DNA from: Escherichia phage vB_EcoS_PNS1
Reading direction: 5' to 3' (one strand)
Sequence record: NC_073063.1
DNA length: 43,945 nucleotides
The position numbers and the translations under genes were made by a program. Position 1 is the first letter of the stretch. Every line of letters starts with the position of its first letter. The notes beneath the pieces were generated by a model. It searched no databases. It had not been told where the DNA came from and saw only the letters and a list, made by a program, of their open reading frames with translations. This document shows, in pieces, positions 37,073 to 43,945 of the stretch.

Positions 37073-37184
37073 CCCGTCCGCAGACCCCGACGAGGATTTG
37101 ATGATTGACGTGAAAAATATGGAATGCGGGGCGAAGCTAAGGGCGCAGGTGCTGGAGTTGCAGCAAATAATTAAGGGGCCGTAA
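36954..37184 (+). CDS. o-spanin (Rz1-like lipoprotein), overlapped with i-spanin gene
   Basis: MLRALTALIVVLMLSAC signal peptide with lipobox LSAC, Pro-rich mature part; starts inside the i-spanin gene in another frame. Confidence 0.7.
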   Translation: MLRALTALIVVLMLSACGSSNVPLMPLTESALRPPCKFDSPSADPDEDLMIDVKNMECGAKLRAQVLELQQIIKGP

Positions 37185-37196
37185 TGGCCCCTTTTC
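37173..37196. terminator. bidirectional hairpin terminator between spanin genes and convergent minus-strand gene
   Basis: Stem aaggggcc/ggcccctt with loop gtaat, T-run downstream. Confidence 0.6.
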
Positions 37197-37197
37197 G

Positions 37198-37962
37198 TTA
37201 GCGCGGAATGCCGCAAATCTCGTTAAGTGTTTTCACGTCCAGCGCCACTGCCGTGGATTTTGGCTTGTCCGGGTACGGGATGAATTGCTCGACTTCAGGC
37301 CATGCCTTAATAAGCTTCTTGTCAGTATTGTGCATGTCCAGTACACCGGTAACGGTGAGTTTGAACGCATCATACTTCGCGCGCAACTCGCGACGTGCCT
37401 TGTCGTTGCGGTCCAGTCGCTTACAGAAGTCATGGTCCGCCGGGTAGTCTACGCGACCGCGTGGGAGATATATCGGCAGCGCTTTCCCTTCCTCGTCCAC
37501 TTCGCACACTGACGCGAGCATAACTGTCTCGAACCCCGGAACGATATCGCCGAGATCAGGCGCGAGCTTATTCATATATTTCTCTTCCCAGTATCCGCGA
37601 TGCACGCGGAATTGGCGACCGTCACCGCTCAAGGACAAGGTGCGAACATTGCCGCCTGCGTTGATTTCAAAGGTGGCGTCGTAAACGCTGCCGATACCCT
37701 TCGGGCGGTCGGTGTTATAACTATACGTCGCCTTGTTGGTGTATACGCTGACGCCGTACATCTGCGACTGGTCATCGCGGATTGCCTTGATATGCTCGCG
37801 GAGCGCTGCGAACGTGCGAATGCCTTCCGGCATACAGTCAAGCGTGATTGCGTACGCCAGATCGCGTGAGTCCATCATGATTTGTTTGGCTTCGGTTGCG
37901 ATTTCGTGGTCGCGCAGGATGTTAGCCAGAATCTGATTTTTAATGTCTTTCGTCAGTCTCAT
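37198..37962 (-). CDS. hypothetical protein (opposite-strand island in head module)
   Basis: 254 aa, no motif recognised; flanked by hairpins. Confidence 0.55.
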   Translation of the reverse strand: MRLTKDIKNQILANILRDHEIATEAKQIMMDSRDLAYAITLDCMPEGIRTFAALREHIKAIRDDQSQMYGVSVYTNKATYSYNTDRPKGIGSVYDATFEINAGGNVRTLSLSGDGRQFRVHRGYWEEKYMNKLAPDLGDIVPGFETVMLASVCEVDEEGKALPIYLPRGRVDYPADHDFCKRLDRNDKARRELRAKYDAFKLTVTGVLDMHNTDKKLIKAWPEVEQFIPYPDKPKSTAVALDVKTLNEICGIPR

Positions 37963-38001
37963 TTTTATGTCCTCATTTTAGGGGCTTTCGCCCCGATTGG
38001 T

Positions 38002-38316
38002 TTAGTTGAATTTGATGTTGCCACCGGTGGAAGTTAAGCGGGCACATACTGCTTCAACGGCATCGACGCACATGAAATCGTTAAAGGCTTCGACCAGGGC
38101 GTTTATGAAAGATGCCGGAACCAGGCCGCAAGCCGGATTATCGAATGTTGCGGAGTTGATCGCCGCTTTTGCCGCTTCGGAAGCATTCATGCTCTGGCAC
38201 AGATTCAGCGCTTCCGCGTTACGCATTGCGTGAAAGGTAAAGGTATTCGCTACGGTAGCTTTATTGAAACGGGCCATTGCGGCGTCTACTGGAGTTGCTA
38301 CGGTCATGTTAGTCAT
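38002..38316 (-). CDS. hypothetical protein (opposite-strand island)
   Basis: 104 aa from ATG 38316 with AAGGA RBS; upstream region carries the TATATTGGTTGCACACCAACAG element. Confidence 0.45.
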   Translation of the reverse strand: MTNMTVATPVDAAMARFNKATVANTFTFHAMRNAEALNLCQSMNASEAAKAAINSATFDNPACGLVPASFINALVEAFNDFMCVDAVEAVCARLTSTGGNIKFN

Positions 38317-38388
38317 TTTGTTTTCCTTCATATCTCTGTTGGTGTGCAACCAATATAAAGCAACCAACATCCGCAACGCAAGCGAATT

Positions 38389-38416
38389 TTGCGATTATTT
38401 TTATCGCTGATAATAT
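38389..38416 (+). promoter_or_regulatory. candidate promoter for scaffold/capsid genes
   Basis: TTGCGA, 16-bp spacer, TAATAT. Confidence 0.3.
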
Positions 38417-38470
38417 TAAGGCGTGAAGTCAAGCGGGTGGCCCGCTTTGCCACAATCCCAGGGGGATAGC

Positions 38471-39172
38471 ATGAAACTTACTAAAGCAGAATATGACGCG
38501 TTGCCGGAAGGTATGAAGGCGCTTTTTGTTGCCGATGGTGACGGGTACAAATCAACGTTCATGACCGCCGAAGAAGTACAGGCGGAGATCAAGGGTCTGA
38601 AAGACAACAACGCGAAGCTGGTTAGCGAGAAGAAAGCAGAAGCCGAACGTCGCGCCGAAGCCGAGCGCCTTGCGAAAGAGAAAGAGGAAGCCGCCGCGCG
38701 CAAAAATGGCGACCTCGAAGCGATCGATAAGTCCTGGAAAGATAAGTTCGCAAAACATGAAGCGGACACGTCGGGGAAAATCGAAGCCTACCGCAAGCAG
38801 ATCCACGACTTAACCATCGGCAGCGCTGCCAAAGATCTGGCGTCGAAGCTGTTCGGTAAGAACGCGGGCATCATGCAACGTCACGTTATGGACCGCCTCA
38901 CTCTGGAGGACGGCGAAGACGGCAGCTTGAAAGTGCGTGTCTTGCAGGATGGCAAACCGTCCGCGCTGACTATGGAAGAGCTGGAAAAAGAGTTCCGTAA
39001 TAACGCCGATTTTGCATCCGTCCTGGCTGGCACGCCAGCAGGCGGCGCTCCTAGCAAACCGACGCAGGTTGTCGAAGATGTGAAGTCTAAAATTACGATG
39101 GGCCATAGCTTCGGTATCACCGATCTCACCAAACAGGCCGAGGATATCATCGCTAAAATGGGCTACGAGTAA
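38471..39172 (+). CDS. scaffolding protein
   Basis: 233 aa from ATG 38471 (GGGGGA RBS); Lys/Glu/Ala-rich coiled-coil; immediately upstream of major capsid gene. Confidence 0.65.
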   Translation: MKLTKAEYDALPEGMKALFVADGDGYKSTFMTAEEVQAEIKGLKDNNAKLVSEKKAEAERRAEAERLAKEKEEAAARKNGDLEAIDKSWKDKFAKHEADTSGKIEAYRKQIHDLTIGSAAKDLASKLFGKNAGIMQRHVMDRLTLEDGEDGSLKVRVLQDGKPSALTMEELEKEFRNNADFASVLAGTPAGGAPSKPTQVVEDVKSKITMGHSFGITDLTKQAEDIIAKMGYE

Positions 39173-39175
39173 GCA

Positions 39176-39201
39176 GATTGCCCGCGAAAGCGGGCAATTT
39201 T
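39176..39201 (+). terminator. hairpin terminator after scaffold gene
   Basis: Stem ttgcccgc/gcgggcaa with loop gaaa followed by tttt. Confidence 0.5.
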
Positions 39202-39269
39202 GCGAGCGCGTAAAACTAAGGTAACATTAATGCCACTGGGCGAATGCTCACAACTCAAAGGATTTCGAT

Positions 39270-40364
39270 ATGTCTTTAACAGTGTTCCAGCGTAAACTCG
39301 TTACCGCGGTTACGCAAATGATCCCCGACAACCTGAACGTTTTCAACGCTGCCGCCAATGGTGCTGTTGTTCTCGGTACTGGTGAAGTGCTGAAGGATGT
39401 TGTAGAAAAAATGTCCGTAGGCTTGATCGCCAACCTTGTTACCGACCGTAACGCCTACGCCACTGTCGGCACTCCGGCAACCGCTAAAGTGCTGGCGCGT
39501 ATGCTGACCAACTCCGTTAACCTATCCGCGAAAGTGGGTCCGGTAGCAATCACGAAGGCCATGATGGCTAAAATCGAAACCAACGTTAACAGCGTTGCGG
39601 CTGAGATTGCGGCACAGGCTACCCAAGCGATTATGCTGCACTACCTGAAAGCTGGTATCGGCGCAAGTAAAGCGGCGATCGAAAGCAACGCAGCGGCAAA
39701 ATACACCCAACCGGCGCGCGTTGACGGCGTTGGCGGTCGTACCTTCCCAACCCTGGCGGACTTCCCGCTGGCGGCTTCTAAGTTCGGCGATCAGGCGTCT
39801 TTAATTAAATCCTGGTTTATGGACGGCGTTACCTGGGCCAACTTCATTGCATACCAGGCGCTCCCGTCTGCCGAGCAGGTATTCGCGATCGGCGATCTGC
39901 AGGTAATGGGTGATGGCCTGGGCCGTCGTTTCATTATCTCCGATGCCGCCGCCGATGCTATGGGCACGGGTAACATGCTGGGTCTGGTCCCTGGCGCTGT
40001 TGCGGTTACCACCGACGGCCTCGATATGCTGGCGCAGGAAAAAGGCGGTAACGAGAACATCGAACGCTGGTGGCAGGGCGAGTTCGACTTCAACGTGGCT
40101 GTTAAAGGCTACCGTCTGAAGGCGTCCGCTCGTACCCCGATCGAAGGCGTTCGCTCGTTCAAGCTGTCCGATATCACCGCTAAGGACAACTGGGAACTGG
40201 ATCAGGGCCAGGTAGACAACGCACCGGCAACCGTGCAGGACGTTGGTGGCGATAGCGATACTAAAGGCCGCCGCCGTACGCAGACCGCGCAGGCAGTGCC
40301 TACCCGTAACATCAAGGAAACCGCTGGCGTACTGGTTACGCTTACTGCGACCACAGCGTCCTAA
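39270..40364 (+). CDS. major capsid protein
   Basis: 364 aa, AAGGA RBS, after scaffold and followed by a strong terminator. Confidence 0.8.
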   Translation: MSLTVFQRKLVTAVTQMIPDNLNVFNAAANGAVVLGTGEVLKDVVEKMSVGLIANLVTDRNAYATVGTPATAKVLARMLTNSVNLSAKVGPVAITKAMMAKIETNVNSVAAEIAAQATQAIMLHYLKAGIGASKAAIESNAAAKYTQPARVDGVGGRTFPTLADFPLAASKFGDQASLIKSWFMDGVTWANFIAYQALPSAEQVFAIGDLQVMGDGLGRRFIISDAAADAMGTGNMLGLVPGAVAVTTDGLDMLAQEKGGNENIERWWQGEFDFNVAVKGYRLKASARTPIEGVRSFKLSDITAKDNWELDQGQVDNAPATVQDVGGDSDTKGRRRTQTAQAVPTRNIKETAGVLVTLTATTAS

Positions 40365-40381
40365 CAGGCGCACATCCCAAA

Positions 40382-40407
40382 GGGGCGGGCTTATGCCCGC
40401 CTTTTTT
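40382..40407 (+). terminator. rho-independent terminator after major capsid gene
   Basis: Stem ggggcgggc/gcccgcc with loop ttat followed by tttttt. Confidence 0.65.
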
Positions 40408-40422
40408 ATAGGAGTGAATACA

Positions 40423-40923
40423 ATGTATGGCGACCCGCAAACCTTTGTCGATTATGCCGCTGCGCGAGGCGTTGAAATTACGCTAGGCGATGCAACGCGA
40501 CACCTGACCATCGTTAACGACTTCCTTAACGGCATCAACTGGATCGGCGAACAAGCAGACCAGACAGGAGTCGACGCATGGCCCCGCATTAATTACCCAT
40601 CGGACGGTAAGCCGGTGCGCGACACGCGCACTGAAGTTGTGGTAGTAGTGCCAGCAGGGCAAATCGTAGACTTCGCATCAATCCCTGTTGCCGTTGCGCA
40701 AGCCGTTTACCGGCTGGCGTTGTTGGTGGCGGACGAGATCGATATTTCTCCTGTCGGCGATGGTAAAGAGACTATCCGCGAAACGGTCGGCCCGATCACG
40801 ATGGAATATGACCCGGCGTCGATTGGTAGCGGGGTATCGTTCCCGTGGTGGGATGGCTTGTTAGGCCACTGGGTTGATTCAGGCGGCAACGCCGCGAGCA
40901 ATTTCGACGTATACAGGGGGTAA
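40423..40923 (+). CDS. head-tail connector / head completion protein
   Basis: 166 aa from ATG 40423 (AGGAG RBS); position between capsid and tail genes. Confidence 0.5.
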   Translation: MYGDPQTFVDYAAARGVEITLGDATRHLTIVNDFLNGINWIGEQADQTGVDAWPRINYPSDGKPVRDTRTEVVVVVPAGQIVDFASIPVAVAQAVYRLALLVADEIDISPVGDGKETIRETVGPITMEYDPASIGSGVSFPWWDGLLGHWVDSGGNAASNFDVYRG

Positions 40924-41027
40924 TATGAATCCTGCATTACTCGCGGCGATAATCGCCGCCAACGCTAAACAGCAACCAGAACAACCGGAGCCAGAACCAG
41001 CACCTCCGGCACAGGAGAGTGAATAAG

Positions 41028-41381
41028 ATGGCGGGCTTTAATTACGCAGGATTAAAGCGGAAAGTGAATCCGCTGATTAAAAAATTCGGCATGACCGTTA
41101 CTGTTACGCGTCCGGGATCGGTTGACCGCGTAGACGGCGAAGAAGTGGTCATCCCGCCGACCTCGTTTGACGTCATCGGTCTTCGAGAGGAGTACAGGCC
41201 GGGCGAGATCGACGGGACGCGTATCGTTGCCGGTGATGTGAAGTTTTTGTGTCAGGCCGTCAAGCAGGTAAAGGTCGGGGATTTGGTTAGCCTGAACAAT
41301 ACAGACTACCGTGTTATCAATCCCAACCCCCTGCAACCGGCGGGCCAGACCATGCTGTTTCAACTACAGCTAAGGGGCTAA
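41028..41381 (+). CDS. head-tail joining protein
   Basis: 117 aa from ATG 41028 with AGGAGA RBS. Confidence 0.5.
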   Translation: MAGFNYAGLKRKVNPLIKKFGMTVTVTRPGSVDRVDGEEVVIPPTSFDVIGLREEYRPGEIDGTRIVAGDVKFLCQAVKQVKVGDLVSLNNTDYRVINPNPLQPAGQTMLFQLQLRG

Positions 41382-41382
41382 C

Positions 41383-41979
41383 GTGGCTGAAGTCTACTCA
41401 TTCGCCGCCACTATTGCTACATGGGTGGATAAGACGAAGGAGAACAACGATAAGGCGGTGCGGGCGTACGGGATGCAAATACTAGGACGCCTGATCGAGA
41501 TCTCCCCGGTTGGCGACCCCCGCCGGTGGAAGATTAACAGGGCATACGCGATGGCCCGCCAGCACGCGAACAAGGTGAACGCCGCACAGCGCCGCAAGAA
41601 TGGCGGCAAACTGAAGCGCGGGCAGAAGAAGCACGCCAGTGTGCTAATCTCATTCAAAACTAAAAACGGCAACGTCACGTTCCGCCAGCGTGGCTGGGCT
41701 GCGAAGAATTACACCGGCGGACGCTTCCGGGGAAACTGGCAGGTTACGTTCGACCGTCCGGCTGTAGGCGCTATTGACCGAGTGGACAAGGCAGGAACGG
41801 CAACATTAGCCGCTGGGCGTGAAGTGCTGGCGCATTACGATTCCGGTGAATACGGGTCGATCTGGTTTACTAACAATGTGCCGTATGCGCAGCGACTTGA
41901 GTATGGCTGGAGTAAACAAGCGCCCGCGGGGATTGTTCGCGTCGTAGCGGCAGAAATTAATTCTAAGGTGAAAAAATGA
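41383..41979 (+). CDS. tail-component / neck protein (HK97 gp10-like)
   Basis: 198 aa, GTG start with AAGGGG RBS; C-terminal SIWFTNNVPYAQRLEYGWS resembles HK97 gp10 family. Confidence 0.55.
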   Translation: MAEVYSFAATIATWVDKTKENNDKAVRAYGMQILGRLIEISPVGDPRRWKINRAYAMARQHANKVNAAQRRKNGGKLKRGQKKHASVLISFKTKNGNVTFRQRGWAAKNYTGGRFRGNWQVTFDRPAVGAIDRVDKAGTATLAAGREVLAHYDSGEYGSIWFTNNVPYAQRLEYGWSKQAPAGIVRVVAAEINSKVKK

Positions 41980-42398
41980 GCAATACTCTAATCCGCAAGG
42001 CGCTTAACAGCGTGGTTGAAGAATTATCGGTAAGCCTCAGCACCAGCCAGCGTCCGATCCAGGTTAACTGGGAGAACGTTAGCGGCGACCACGCAAACGG
42101 CAGCGGTGTCTACCTGGAGCCGTACCTGCTACCGGCCCCGACCCAGTTTGTGGGCTTCCAGCAGAAGGGCCGGATCTATGCTGGCGTATATCAGGTTGCC
42201 GTGGTGTTTCCAGCGGGCACGGGCACACAGTACGCGAGCGAACTGGCGGACGCCATCGCGACGTCGGATAAGTGGCTGGCGGTGAAGATTTCGGGAGCGG
42301 CCTTCCAGCTTCAGGACTCGCCTTATACCAGTTCGGTGGTCGAGGACGTTGATCGCGCCCGCATCGTGGTTACAGTCCCCTACACCTGTTGCGCCTGA
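41976..42398 (+). CDS. tail completion / terminator protein
   Basis: 140 aa, coupled to upstream gene, directly upstream of major tail gene. Confidence 0.5.
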   Translation: MSNTLIRKALNSVVEELSVSLSTSQRPIQVNWENVSGDHANGSGVYLEPYLLPAPTQFVGFQQKGRIYAGVYQVAVVFPAGTGTQYASELADAIATSDKWLAVKISGAAFQLQDSPYTSSVVEDVDRARIVVTVPYTCCA

Positions 42399-42459
42399 TT
42401 TGGCGCAATTCTGCGCGTGCTGTATCATTAAACCGTATATCTAAACAGGAGCGTTCATT

Positions 42460-43185
42460 ATGGGTTATCAACTTCCTAACGGGTCCAGCGTCCAGATCGG
42501 GTCCGTACTAGGCAATGGTATCGCGGTTACGGCAGCTACCAACGCCGCTGCGTCGATCTCCGACCTTACGCAAGGTTGCGTAATTACCTGCGCGGAGTCT
42601 CACGGTCTGGTTGTTGGCGACGTTGTTATGTTCACTAAAACCCCGTGGGTCCGTGCGCTGAACCGCGCGTTCATCGTGGGTAAAGTGTCAGGGAACGACG
42701 TGACGCTGGCGCGCTTCGATACTCAAGACGCCACCAAATACCCGACCGGTGCTTTCGGCGTAGGCACACCGGGTGAGGTCGTGAAGGTGTCGAGCTTTAT
42801 CGACTTCCCGTTTATCACTAACGTTGCCGTGTCGGGTGGCGACCAGCAGACCACCACCTTCCAGCCGTTGCAGGTGAATACCGCGATCAGTCTGAACACC
42901 ACGAAAAACCCGTTGGTCCAGACCTACACTTTCACCCACGACGAAGAAGACCCGATCCGCCCGATTCTGGAAGACCTGGACGACACACAGAAAACCACTG
43001 TGATTAAGTTCACTAACCCGGCAGCGGCAAGCGGCAAAGGTGAAATCCGCATTTACCCGGCTAAGGTGTCTTTCCGCAAGATTCCGTCGGCTGAAGTAAA
43101 CAACGTGGAGACGGTGGAGTCCACCCTCACTATGCAGTCCGATATGGTTATTTACCGTAAGGACTTGGTCGAGGCGCTGTCGTAA
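42460..43185 (+). CDS. major tail protein
   Basis: 241 aa, AGGAG RBS, followed by a terminator and then the G/G-T chaperone genes. Confidence 0.75.
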   Translation: MGYQLPNGSSVQIGSVLGNGIAVTAATNAAASISDLTQGCVITCAESHGLVVGDVVMFTKTPWVRALNRAFIVGKVSGNDVTLARFDTQDATKYPTGAFGVGTPGEVVKVSSFIDFPFITNVAVSGGDQQTTTFQPLQVNTAISLNTTKNPLVQTYTFTHDEEDPIRPILEDLDDTQKTTVIKFTNPAAASGKGEIRIYPAKVSFRKIPSAEVNNVETVESTLTMQSDMVIYRKDLVEALS

Positions 43186-43215
43186 TTTGGTCGCTTAAAT
43201 AGCGGGTGTTAATAT

Positions 43216-43239
43216 GGGGCCAGTACGGCCCCTTTTTTA
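43216..43239 (+). terminator. rho-independent terminator after major tail gene
   Basis: Stem ggggcc/ggcccc with loop gtac followed by tttttt. Confidence 0.6.
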
Positions 43240-43254
43240 TTGGAGAATTATATA

Positions 43255-43617
43255 ATGGCTAAATCACCACTCTTCACACTTGACCCTAAACCGACCTTTA
43301 AGCTGCCGATTGAGATCCCGCGCCCTGGTGAGAACGAACCGGGCAAAATGACGTTTACCGTGCGCCACCGCCCTATCGACGAATTTTCGCAGACCATGCA
43401 GGACACTGAGCGCAAATTGTCGGAGTATGACGACAATGACCCGGAAGGATTTAACGTTATGGTCGAGGCCATCATGCACGTCGCTGAAGGCTGGAATTTG
43501 CCGGACGAATTTAATGCTGCCAACGTCCGCCGCCTGGTAGTCAACTACCCGCGCGCGTTCGGCGTGTTCCATACGTCGTACTACCTCGAATTGATGGGGT
43601 TGCGTGAAAAAAACTAA
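43255..43617 (+). CDS. tail assembly chaperone (gpG-like)
   Basis: 120 aa from ATG 43255 (GGAGA RBS); ends just after slippery heptamer A AAA AAC. Confidence 0.7.
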   Translation: MAKSPLFTLDPKPTFKLPIEIPRPGENEPGKMTFTVRHRPIDEFSQTMQDTERKLSEYDDNDPEGFNVMVEAIMHVAEGWNLPDEFNAANVRRLVVNYPRAFGVFHTSYYLELMGLREKN

Positions 43618-43931
43618 TTGAGGCGGCGCGGCGATTTTATGGCCCGCCGCCACCCTCCGAAGATTTAGCCGCGAGTTTATGGGGTGCGACACCGGAAGAC
43701 GTGTGTCCACCCGTTGCGCTGTGGCCAGACAATGCGAAGGTAGTCGCAGTCTTCACCGATTGCTCCACGCAATGGCGTACCGGATTTGGCGGGGCATACG
43801 GCATAGACTACGGCGTACTGGAATGGTTATTTAAGATGCACGGCATCGAAAACGCGCAACGCGCATTTAAAGATATCAAGCTAATGGAACGCGTTGCGCT
43901 GGATGAAATGGCGCGGCAGAACCCCGCATAA
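43255..43931 (+). CDS. tail assembly chaperone G-T fusion (by -1 frameshift at 43608-43614)
   Basis: Frame 43611..43931 has no stop and joins ORF 43701..43931; conserved G/GT arrangement upstream of tape measure. Confidence 0.55.
43608..43614 (+). other. programmed -1 ribosomal frameshift site (slippery heptamer AAAAAAC)
   Basis: Heptamer 7 nt before the G stop codon; the -1 frame stays open from 43611 to the TAA at 43929-43931. Confidence 0.6.
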
Positions 43932-43945
43932 CGAAGCGGGACAGG

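Noticed and set aside
1-43945. Integrase, repressor or other lysogeny module; tRNA genes
   Set aside because: No ORF with recognisable tyrosine/serine recombinase or CI-like repressor features was seen, and no cloverleaf-like segment stood out by eye; absence is not proven without a formal scan.

Overview
This window is a complete, circularly closed phage genome of about 43.8 kb: bases 1-127 are identical to 43819-43945, so the window wraps inside a tail-chaperone gene. It looks like a virulent siphovirus of an enterobacterial host. I found no integrase, repressor, CRISPR array or tRNA by eye. The plus strand carries a regulator and primase/helicase, a block of small genes, holin and endolysin, terminase, portal, head genes, and a lambda-like tail module (G/G-T with -1 frameshift, tape measure, M/L/K/I/J-like proteins, tail fiber). 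The minus strand carries one long early/replication operon (family A DNA polymerase, helicase, DUF2800-like nuclease, SSB-like protein, VRR-NUC, Dam and C5-type methyltransferases, HNH endonucleases, HAD phosphatase). The best candidates for something undescribed are: (1) a ~190-bp GCGGGACA repeat/palindrome element present twice, one copy sitting between the tail chaperone and tape-measure genes; (2) a recurring ATTGGTTGCA motif at many gene starts and in iterons beside the primase gene; (3) a two-gene opposite-strand island inside the head module; (4) an acidic tandem-repeat protein as the first early gene; (5) an HTH-metallophosphoesterase fusion upstream of terminase. All calls are from reading the sequence and ORF translations; no database search was run, and family names are motif-level recognitions that need HMM/BLAST confirmation.
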